Source: a virus
Lineage: Duplodnaviria; Caudoviricetes
Strand: one strand, 5' to 3'
Length of the DNA stretch: 49,376 bases
Virus record (IMG/VR): IMGVR_UViG_3300030606_000010
Coordinates: 1 to 49,376 of that record
The notes beneath the pieces were generated by a model that was not told the DNA's origin, made no database searches, and saw nothing but the letters and a program-made list of their open reading frames with translations. Shown one piece after another: positions 17,747-24,779 of the stretch. The translations under genes were made by a program, and so were the position numbers. Each line of letters opens with the position of its first letter. The first letter of the stretch is position 1.

Positions 17747-17967
17747 CCCTTCGTCTCCTCTCCCGGCAGCCGCTCGAGCACAATGTCGAAGCGGCGCTTC
17801 CACTCGGCTACCTCAGCCTCGAGACGCCCGATGGTCTCCATGTGTTGTCGGCAAGTCACCCGCGCCTTCTGGAGCGCGTCCTCGTTCGTGACCGTCTGCT
17901 CCTTCCAGATTCGCATCTCCCGCTTCAACTCACGGATGATGGTCTCGGGCTTGCGCTCCCTAGGCAC
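17743..17967 (-). CDS. Hypothetical coiled-coil protein
   Basis: GAGGAG RBS, GTG at 17967; carries the shared AEVAEWKRRF module. Confidence 0.65.
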   Translation of the reverse strand: MPRERKPETIIRELKREMRIWKEQTVTNEDALQKARVTCRQHMETIGRLEAEVAEWKRRFDIVLERLPGEETKG

Positions 17968-18277
17968 CGGGCGTCTCCTCTCCCGCCTTAGGAAGCAGCC
18001 GCTCGGCCTCGCCCCAAGCGTCCCGCTCATCGTAGATCTCTTTCCGATAGTCGTAGTCGAGCCTCGTTCTCGCCTTTTGTAGCCGCGCACGCGCCTCCAC
18101 GAGTCGGCGTAGCGCGGCCTCAAGGGCTGCGACGCGGGTATCTGCCTCCGCCAGTTCGCAGTGCGGACACTTGCGCCGCTGGTGGCCGTGCTCGCAGTCG
18201 GCGTTGTCTCGCATCTGAAGTTCAGCTGCCCCCGTGTGCGCGTTGATGCGCCTTATCTCAGGCAGACTTTTCATCAC
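17960..18277 (-). CDS. Hypothetical Zn-finger / coiled-coil protein
   Basis: CEHGHQRRKCPHC then RVAALEAALRRL. Confidence 0.65.
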   Translation of the reverse strand: MMKSLPEIRRINAHTGAAELQMRDNADCEHGHQRRKCPHCELAEADTRVAALEAALRRLVEARARLQKARTRLDYDYRKEIYDERDAWGEAERLLPKAGEETPGA

Positions 18278-18735
18278 GCCTCCCGCTTGAGCGCCGCCTC
18301 GGCTGCGGCGATGGCGCCCACTATGTCGTCACCCTTTCTCCAGGCGTCCACCAGCTCTTCGAGCGCGGCGCGCACCGCCTGGGCGTCAGTCTCACTGACT
18401 ATGTACCGGACGCCTCGACGGTCCAGCGCGTCTCGAATGTCGCTCGCCGACATGCGCTTGAAGTCGATCCCACAATTTCCACACTGCTGCTCTCCGTCGT
18501 CTCCGTACTTACCCATGCATGGGTGCTGGCTCCACAGCAGCTCGCGCAGTAGAGCTTGGGCGTCGGACTCCTGAGTATCGTCGCGGCGCGGCAGCGCTTG
18601 CCAGGCGTCCTCGCGGAGGTCGCCAGCCTTACCCAGGCACTCGCCTTTGCAGCCGACGTACCGCCAGCCTGATACGCCGGTAGCAATGTCCAGGTCGGTC
18701 CCACCACACCACGGGCACGGCTTCAGCTCAGTCAT
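18274..18735 (-). CDS. Lar-like (restriction alleviation) zinc-finger protein
   Basis: N-terminal ELKPCPWCGG...YVGC.GEC matches the Lar family pattern. Confidence 0.6.
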   Translation of the reverse strand: MTELKPCPWCGGTDLDIATGVSGWRYVGCKGECLGKAGDLREDAWQALPRRDDTQESDAQALLRELLWSQHPCMGKYGDDGEQQCGNCGIDFKRMSASDIRDALDRRGVRYIVSETDAQAVRAALEELVDAWRKGDDIVGAIAAAEAALKREA

Positions 18736-18799
18736 CGCTCGCCTCCCGTTCCTCTAGCCAACAACGCACGAGGTCCGCGTGGTCGGTCATGGCATGTCC

Positions 18800-19108
18800 T
18801 CAGCTTTCCCCTGGTGTCGGCTCCGTGGACAGCCGGCGCAGGGCGGCCTCGAGCGCGGCGACGCGTTGATGATCGTCCTTCGTGCCTTCGTGATAGCGGC
18901 ACTCCTCGATGGGGTCGTTCAGGTCGCCGTAGTCGTCGGGGAACTTGCACCGGCAGCGGTGTGCTAGTTCGGCCTCCAGCGTCTCGACGCGCGCCTCGGC
19001 CTTCTCCCGCTGGATGCGCTTCTCGACGTGCCAGCCGCATTCGCTCACCACCTCCAATGTTTCGTAGCTGATGATGCAGGCGCAGTGCCCGCAGTCTCTG
19101 GCCATCAC
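18800..19108 (-). CDS. Hypothetical Cys-rich protein
   Basis: CGHCAC...ECGWH and CRC...ECRYH modules; RVAALEAALRRL. Confidence 0.65.
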   Translation of the reverse strand: MMARDCGHCACIISYETLEVVSECGWHVEKRIQREKAEARVETLEAELAHRCRCKFPDDYGDLNDPIEECRYHEGTKDDHQRVAALEAALRRLSTEPTPGES

Positions 19109-19461
19109 GCCTCCCGCTTGAGCGCCGCCGAGGCAGCAGCGATGTCCCGGTCCAGTCGTAGAGCTACATCGCAGTCGAGGATGTGGTCCCGCTCTTTGCA
19201 GTCCGCTGCGGTGTGCTCAGTATCGTGGCCAGCTCTCCTGTGAACCTGCGTCGCCCAATACGCAGCCTCCATGAGCCGCTCGAGCGCGGCGCGCACGTCC
19301 TGGGCGTCGTCGCGGCGCGGCAGCGCGCTCACCATCGCGCGCAGCTCGTCGGCATCGGTGTAGAAGAAGTCGCCGTCGCCCATGCAGAGCTTGAGCAAGC
19401 CGTCCTCGGCCGTCTCGAGCCACATCTCGCCGTCTTCGCGCTCCCATAGTCGGTCAGCCAT
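19105..19461 (-). CDS. Hypothetical protein, first gene of the leftward unit
   Basis: AGGAGGG RBS, ATG at 19461; shares ALPRRDD, VRAALE and AALKREA with 18274-18735. Confidence 0.7.
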   Translation of the reverse strand: MADRLWEREDGEMWLETAEDGLLKLCMGDGDFFYTDADELRAMVSALPRRDDAQDVRAALERLMEAAYWATQVHRRAGHDTEHTAADCKERDHILDCDVALRLDRDIAAASAALKREA

Positions 19462-19499
19462 CGGCCCTCCTAGCAACACGGTAAGCAATCAGCAGGCCA

Positions 19500-19528
19500 A
19501 GCTTGTCACAGCCGATGACAGCAGTCAA
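19500..19528 (-). promoter_or_regulatory. Candidate leftward promoter
   Basis: TTGACT-N17-CAAGCT with an extended TG, about 40 nt before ATG 19461; the -10 is weak. Confidence 0.35.
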
Positions 19529-19568
19529 CCACGACAGAAGGCCATTGACCACATCAATCCCCGTCACT

Positions 19569-19684
19569 TTCTCAATAAGGCGTCTAAAGATTAGACGAAC
19601 GATAATCGAACACGAGCACCGGAGGGCACTTAGATGCGTCTACTTTCTGGACGCATACCCCTTCGCTTGCTTCCTTATTGAGAA
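19569..19684. repeat. 12-bp inverted repeat enclosing two hairpins
   Basis: TTCTCAATAAGG 19569-19580 / CCTTATTGAGAA 19673-19684; internal stems at 19581-19597 and 19634-19656. Confidence 0.7.
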
Positions 19685-20184
19685 TGGTATATGGTAGGCA
19701 AGCCGCGCGTGTGCGTAAGACTACACTCTACGAGTGCAATAAGCGCTCCCGACGCGAGCCACCTAAGCCGCATCATGAGAGCCCCAACACTCGCGTGGAG
19801 AGCGCAAGGCCAAATCTCCCCCCGGGGGCCCCGCCAGCCCCATTTTGGGATGGGGCTGGGCGGACCCCAAAAGGGGTCCCGACGGGTTGATCATGGCGTG
19901 AGCGGGAGCCCCACCAAAACTTGACCTCACGCGAGTCCACATACCCACCCGTACCTACCTGGCACAGGCCTACCCACGGGCTCTAAGGCATACCCTGCCT
20001 TCTACCTGGGTTTGACGGGTCAGCCCGGAAGTGACAGCAGTTTTCGGCTGTCACTTGCAGCTTGCGCCTGTCACACGCTGCTCGTAACTCCTTGCCTGCT
20101 GTCCACCCTACCCTGGCATGGACTTGGCAATGGTTATCCTGTGTCGAGCCTAGCCAAACGGCCCGGGCTCGGACGGGGGATCAC

Positions 20185-20364
20185 ATGAGCGAAACCTACC
20201 ATATCCACGTCTGTCCAGACACCGACGAAGCTCTGGCTTCGGTCATACGGGCGCTGGACCCGTTCAATGCCGGACGCGCCACTCTGAGCGATCGCGCGTG
20301 GGCTACTCTCGCCGCCTTCGCCCAGCGAGCCCGGGCTCGCGAGCTCGACACGGTGTGTCCGTGA
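20185..20364 (+). CDS. Small early hypothetical protein
   Basis: GGGGGATCACATG RBS and start; first gene of the rightward unit. Confidence 0.6.
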   Translation: MSETYHIHVCPDTDEALASVIRALDPFNAGRATLSDRAWATLAAFAQRARARELDTVCP

Positions 20365-20588
20365 GCTGCTCACGACTCGTCGTCACATACGAGGCACCGT
20401 GCGGCTCGCGGCCTGGCGGCGGCTGCCGCATTGACCTCTGCGAGCGCCACGCGCACCAAGCGTCGCAGCACGGGCACGAGCGCTGCCAGCACGGCCAGGA
20501 GTACTGTCAGGTCGCCCGCGGCTTGCACCGCGGCCTGTGCCTGAGTGAGGTCTACCGTGGCGCGCACAGCGCGGAGATAACATCATGA
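20361..20588 (+). CDS. Small Cys/His-rich early protein
   Basis: GTGA and ATGA overlaps at both ends. Confidence 0.55.
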   Translation: MSCSRLVVTYEAPCGSRPGGGCRIDLCERHAHQASQHGHERCQHGQEYCQVARGLHRGLCLSEVYRGAHSAEITS

Positions 20589-21013
20589 AATTCTACCTTT
20601 TCGAAGTCAGAGACTGCGATGGCAACGATGTCACTGCGTACGATGCCATCGTACCTGGCGCGTCCAAGGCCGAAGCTTCAGAGAAGCTCTGGGCTTACCT
20701 GGAAGAGCTATACCCGGATGACGAGCATGACGGCGGCTTCGGTACGTACCACGCTTGCGATTGTGAGCCACCACCGTGTGAGCATGAGGATGCGGAGAGC
20801 TACGAAGGCCCTTGCGACTGCGCCGATGAGTGGCGTCAGACATGGGAATGCAGCCACGGCGGGTTGCTCACGGATGAGGACTCCGACCCTGGCCCGCAGG
20901 TCTTCTCAAGCTACGAAGACGCCAAGGCATCCCGGGCTACCTACCACTGTCTCATCGACTTGACAGACAGGGATGGTTATTGCATGCATATCACGGGCGC
21001 AGTCAGACACTAG
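20585..21013 (+). CDS. Highly acidic Cys-rich early protein
   Basis: GGAG RBS; Asp/Glu-rich with two CDC motifs. Confidence 0.7.
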   Translation: MKFYLFEVRDCDGNDVTAYDAIVPGASKAEASEKLWAYLEELYPDDEHDGGFGTYHACDCEPPPCEHEDAESYEGPCDCADEWRQTWECSHGGLLTDEDSDPGPQVFSSYEDAKASRATYHCLIDLTDRDGYCMHITGAVRH

Positions 21014-21024
21014 GCCATTGCGGC

Positions 21025-21047
21025 TCAGGGCCCGCGTGCCGGGCCCT
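21025..21047 (+). promoter_or_regulatory. Repeated hairpin motif, copy 1
   Basis: AGGGCCCG-CGTGC-CGGGCCCT; 21 bp identical to 22258-22278. Confidence 0.55.
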
Positions 21048-21084
21048 GTCCGGAGCGGCTTAAGCTCCAAACGGAAGGATTCAC

Positions 21085-21375
21085 ATGAGAATCGAAATCG
21101 GACCGCAAGGCTTCGACTTGTGGCTGTCGGCCAGAGATACCGAAGCATGGGCATCAAGGCCCGGCGAGGTCTGGCCTTGCAGCGAGCTCGCCGGCCGGCG
21201 GGTTTACGTCTGCTTCGATAGCAACGGCTTGTGCAACCTGGCCGTCGACGGCAAGGACTGGGACGGAGACTCAAACGAGCTCTCGGCCCTCGTCTCGGAC
21301 CGTGTCGAGTCGAAGCTCAACAAGGAATATCCGTGCTACTTCGTGGCCGTCGGCCAATTCCGGGAGGGCTCATGA
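21085..21375 (+). CDS. Early hypothetical protein
   Basis: GGAAGGATTCACATG start; WASRPGEVWPCSELAG motif. Confidence 0.7.
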   Translation: MRIEIGPQGFDLWLSARDTEAWASRPGEVWPCSELAGRRVYVCFDSNGLCNLAVDGKDWDGDSNELSALVSDRVESKLNKEYPCYFVAVGQFREGS

Positions 21376-22094
21376 GCTACATGGAAAAGCTTGACGAGCT
21401 CGAGCGGGAATGGACGATCGGCTACGGTCTGGACGGCGGAGGCTACGCATTCGAGAAAGCTGAGTCCATCGGTGGCATCGAGCCACTCTTAATGTGGGAC
21501 GATCCTGACTGGGGCTACATCCTCGGCGAGACGCCTGAAGGCCTCGATCGTGGGGATACGTCAGTCCTCTACGTCGCCCCAGGTCCGGCGAGCTCGCGCG
21601 ACGACTGGCCCGAGCTCCTGGAAGACGACGACGGAGATAGTCTCTGGGAGCTCGCCTGCAACGGCTGGCTGGCCGAGACGGATCGCGAATGCGATTGGTG
21701 CGGTCCGGGGACGGACGCTACAGACGAAGAGAAAGCCAGCTGCAAGCATTGCGACGGGGACGGCTACGTTGTGAGCCCGGGTGGTGGGTGGGCAGCATAC
21801 AAGGCCGTCTATCGTCTCACTTGGCACAGCTCACTCCACGGGTTCAGTCTCGAGCTTGACGTTGCCGATGTCTACGCTTGCAACGCTCAGGGTGATGTCA
21901 GTGAGGCCGTCAAGTCCGCTGTCTCTCGCGAACGCTTCCGGCTGGACGGCCTCAACCCGGCAGACATCATCGCAGAGCTTCGGGAGACCGGCGCATGGGA
22001 TGACTTCGAAGATGAGGATGAGAATCTCGAAAGGCTCATCTTCATCGCTGCCGGCGAGCTCATGGCGGACATAAACGTAAGGCTCGAGAGTTAG
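21372..22094 (+). CDS. Highly acidic early protein with DnaJ-like Zn knuckle
   Basis: GGAGG RBS, ATGA overlap; CDWCG...CKHCDGDG. Confidence 0.7.
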   Translation: MSYMEKLDELEREWTIGYGLDGGGYAFEKAESIGGIEPLLMWDDPDWGYILGETPEGLDRGDTSVLYVAPGPASSRDDWPELLEDDDGDSLWELACNGWLAETDRECDWCGPGTDATDEEKASCKHCDGDGYVVSPGGGWAAYKAVYRLTWHSSLHGFSLELDVADVYACNAQGDVSEAVKSAVSRERFRLDGLNPADIIAELRETGAWDDFEDEDENLERLIFIAAGELMADINVRLES

Positions 22095-22097
22095 GTT

Positions 22098-22316
22098 ATG
22101 CATCCACTACAGAAAGCGAAACCTGGACATAGGGTTACTGTCGAGCTGGGGCCTTACAAGGGCACATGGGTTAAGGTTGACGACAGGCTAGATAGGGTGT
22201 TGCTTGGGACTTACTGCAACATCAAGACTGGCCAAATCCTGCATTTTTCCTGGCTGTTCAGGGCCCGCGTGCCGGGCCTTGCTCCGAAAGGGGATTCACA
22301 TGACGAGAACGCTTAA
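22098..22316 (+). CDS. Small early hypothetical protein
   Basis: ATG just after the upstream stop. Confidence 0.5.
   Translation: MHPLQKAKPGHRVTVELGPYKGTWVKVDDRLDRVLLGTYCNIKTGQILHFSWLFRARVPGLAPKGDSHDENA
22258..22280 (+). promoter_or_regulatory. Repeated hairpin motif, copy 2
   Basis: AGGGCCCG-CGTGC-CGGGCCTT followed by GCTCC...GGATTCACATG. Confidence 0.55.
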
Positions 22317-22674
22317 GGGCCTGTGTCAGCGCGTCCGTTGTGACGCACGTATGACGGACAAGCCGATGCCTGAGGGTTTCGACCCGCACGGCTACACTTG
22401 GTCCGTAACTCTCAGGTACAAGGGCCGTCAGCTCACGGTGCCCTTCTACACGGGCAGCCTTGCCGGCGAGCCCGATGCAGAAGGCGTTCTGGATTGCCTT
22501 CTGTCCGATACCTCAAGCGGTGAGCTTGACTTCGAAAGCTTCTGCTCGGAGCTCGGTTACGATGCGGACAGCCGCAAAGCCGAACGCACGTGGAAGGCCT
22601 GCCAGACCATGGCGCCGCGCGTGCGCCGCTTCTTGGGAGACGACTTCGAGACGTTCCTTCACGCTAAGCGCTAA
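22300..22674 (+). CDS. Early hypothetical protein
   Basis: GGGGATTCACATG start; 'FYTGS....P....VLDCLLSD...FESFCSELGYD.DSRKA' pattern. Confidence 0.7.
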   Translation: MTRTLKGLCQRVRCDARMTDKPMPEGFDPHGYTWSVTLRYKGRQLTVPFYTGSLAGEPDAEGVLDCLLSDTSSGELDFESFCSELGYDADSRKAERTWKACQTMAPRVRRFLGDDFETFLHAKR

Positions 22675-22688
22675 AGGGGGGATTCAAT

Positions 22689-22907
22689 ATGTCTCCATGT
22701 CTGCCGCCCAGTGCAGCGGAAAGGTGGGACACCATGACCGAGAAGCAACGGCGGCGTGCTGCCCAGCGACACTACAACGGCACATGCATTTGCTATGGGC
22801 CTACCGGTGCCGTGCGGCCAGGCAGCCGCGAGTCAGGTCGCGACTGCCTGGTTTCCTGCCTGGTAGGACTCAGACGAGACATGGCGGACGCTACAGTCAA
22901 AAAGTAG
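22689..22907 (+). CDS. Small Cys-containing early protein
   Basis: G-rich RBS GGGGATTCAATATG; start may instead be 22734. Confidence 0.5.
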   Translation: MSPCLPPSAAERWDTMTEKQRRRAAQRHYNGTCICYGPTGAVRPGSRESGRDCLVSCLVGLRRDMADATVKK

Positions 22908-23018
22908 AACACACGGCGCTCCGGTCCTCAGCTCAGACCCCGTGCCGGTCGCGCCGTTCATGTGACATGGGGTCTGGCCCGGGCCGGCCGGGGATACAGG
23001 CCGGCAACGAGGATATGC

Positions 23019-23363
23019 ATGACCACGGTAACGCTCAGAATCACAGTGCAAGAAGACGTGCGCGCCGATGCCTTGGGCCGCTGGCTCGAGGGTTGGATCC
23101 GCGACCAGTGGAGCGGCCACGGCGAGCCATCTGGGATTGCCGAGGCCCCGGAGATTCACCTGCTCGTGACGGAAGCCAGGCCGCCGGCCTCGGGCTCGAG
23201 GCTTCAGCCGCCGCCGGCCTCGGGCTCGAGGCTTCAGCCGCCGCCGGCCTCGGGCTCGAGGCTTCTATGCTCCGTCTGTCAGATCCCCTTCAGGGTCCTG
23301 TCAGGCGATGCTTACGGCTGTCCGGTCCACGGCATCCGGCGGCCCTTCACGGTGGAAGCGTGA
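23019..23363 (+). CDS. Hypothetical protein with tandem-repeat linker and C-terminal CxxC..CPxH
   Basis: GAGG RBS; PPASGSRLQP repeats. Confidence 0.6.
   Translation: MTTVTLRITVQEDVRADALGRWLEGWIRDQWSGHGEPSGIAEAPEIHLLVTEARPPASGSRLQPPPASGSRLQPPPASGSRLLCSVCQIPFRVLSGDAYGCPVHGIRRPFTVEA
23180..23265 (+). repeat. 30-bp tandem repeat, about 2.8 copies
   Basis: CCGCCGGCCTCGGGCTCGAGGCTTCAGCCG at 23181, 23211 and partial at 23241. Confidence 0.9.
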
Positions 23364-23566
23364 GCGACCACGACCGTGAATACTTCGACCGTGAATACTT
23401 GGGTGACGGTGTCTACGCCCACTTCGATGGTTACGGCGTCTGGCTTACCACCGGAAACCACGACAGAAGGCTTGCGGATAACGAGATCTACCTCGAGCCC
23501 AAAGTCTTGCTAGCTCTCAGGCTTTTCACAGCCGCGCTTGGCAAGAAGCGGAAGAACGCGCCGTGA
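23360..23566 (+). CDS. Small hypothetical protein
   Basis: GTGA overlap; YLGDGVYA.FDGY..WL...IYLEP motif; 15-bp tandem duplication at 23371-23400. Confidence 0.7.
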   Translation: MSDHDREYFDREYLGDGVYAHFDGYGVWLTTGNHDRRLADNEIYLEPKVLLALRLFTAALGKKRKNAP

Positions 23567-23847
23567 GCAGGCCGCAAGCCCCGGTGTGCGTTCCTTGCGG
23601 GCTCATGATGCACTGCGCTCGCAATGACCAGCTCATCCGCGACCATGCCATGGGCCAGCTTCGCGAGACTTACTGGAGGTGCGACGTCTACCGATGCGAC
23701 CACTGCGAGAGCATGGTTGCCGTGGGCTTCTCGGCTCCAGTGAGAGACGGTCAGAACATCGGCGATGCGCTGGTCTTCGACTACGAAGATAGGCTGTCGC
23801 CGGACTTGACAGCTGTCAATGGAGGTGACAGACTATGCGAACCATGA
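23563..23847 (+). CDS. Small Zn-ribbon protein
   Basis: CVPC...YRCDHC. Confidence 0.65.
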   Translation: MSRPQAPVCVPCGLMMHCARNDQLIRDHAMGQLRETYWRCDVYRCDHCESMVAVGFSAPVRDGQNIGDALVFDYEDRLSPDLTAVNGGDRLCEP

Positions 23848-23990
23848 AGAGACTCGTCTCAGCGCCAGGCTTGTACCTGGCCGTGGGGCTTACGGGCCTC
23901 GCCCTCATCGGGGATATGAAGGCCCTGGGCCTTGCGGCCATTCTCATCGCGTGCGCGACCTTGACGGAGGTGTTCCGTGCTCAGGGATGA
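23835..23990 (+). CDS. 51-aa two-helix membrane protein (absent from the ORF track)
   Basis: GGAGGTG RBS; MRTMKRLVSAPGLYLAVGLTGLALIGDMKALGLAAILIACATLTEVFRAQG. Confidence 0.6.
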   Translation: MRTMKRLVSAPGLYLAVGLTGLALIGDMKALGLAAILIACATLTEVFRAQG

Positions 23991-24210
23991 CGAGATGGGC
24001 TCGATGCTCGCCGAGGCGATGCTCATGCTCGAATCCGTTCGCGTGGAGCTCAACCTGAGGGCTCAGAGCCGGCCGGACTCCGAGCTGCCCTTTCACGCGA
24101 ACTTCGTGCCCGAGCCCGAGGAGCGGCTCATACAGCCTGGCGACCTCGTGACGAGCTTCCAGCTCCCGGACGGTACGCTGCTCATTCTCGACGGCGAGGA
24201 GGAACGCTGA
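23977..24210 (+). CDS. Hypothetical acidic protein
   Basis: GGAGGTG RBS; stop overlaps the next start. Confidence 0.6.
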   Translation: MLRDDEMGSMLAEAMLMLESVRVELNLRAQSRPDSELPFHANFVPEPEERLIQPGDLVTSFQLPDGTLLILDGEEER

Positions 24211-24779
24211 TGGCATTCGTCGTCAAGGAACCCGAAGGCGCGGATGATTACGAACCGGCGCCAGCCGGCATTTGGCCCGCCGTCTGCGTTGACGTCGTGG
24301 ACCTGGGCCTCGTCAAAGGGTTCTACGCTGGCAAGGAGACCATAAAGCACAAGGTGCTCCTCGTCTGGCAAATCACCGAGACGAACGAGCGTGGCTACCG
24401 TTACGCCGTCTCGAAGCGCTACACGGCGAGCCTTCACCCAAAGGCAACGCTGACCGCTGACCTCGAGTCGTGGATGGGTCGGTCGCTCACGGACGAAGAG
24501 AAGGCTGGCTTCGACCTTGAGCTCCTCGTCGGCTGGAATTGCCAGCTCCAGGTCATCCGCAAGGCGGGCCAGGGCAAGGATGGGAAGGCCCGCACCTGGG
24601 TCAACATCAGGGCCGTGGTCCCCGTAGCCAAGGGTCAACCCAAGCTCGCGCCGCTCGGCTACACCCGCCGCGCTGACCGTAAGGACAAGACGGACTTCCC
24701 GTTCGGCGCCAACGCTCCGGCGGGTGGCGATATCAAAGACGACGATATCGACGAGCACAACCGCAGCTTGGAGGAGTGA
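24210..24779 (+). CDS. Putative phage ssDNA-binding (OB-fold) protein
   Basis: 'YEPAPAG...AVC..VVDLG', 'YTASLHPKATL..DLESW.GR', 'FDLE.LVG..CQL.V'; acidic C-terminal tail. Confidence 0.6.
   Translation: MAFVVKEPEGADDYEPAPAGIWPAVCVDVVDLGLVKGFYAGKETIKHKVLLVWQITETNERGYRYAVSKRYTASLHPKATLTADLESWMGRSLTDEEKAGFDLELLVGWNCQLQVIRKAGQGKDGKARTWVNIRAVVPVAKGQPKLAPLGYTRRADRKDKTDFPFGANAPAGGDIKDDDIDEHNRSLEE

Noticed and set aside
17371-18821. Diversity-generating retroelement TR/VR pair
   Set aside because: No reverse transcriptase is encoded, and the differences include an indel rather than only adenine-specific substitutions.
19490-20180. tRNA or protein-coding genes in the divergent gap
   Set aside because: No cloverleaf with a T-loop consensus, and the short ORFs lack RBS and coding bias.
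23180-23265. CRISPR array
   Set aside because: The units are contiguous with no unique spacers and lie in frame within a gene. The Cas4-like gene has no cas neighbours.
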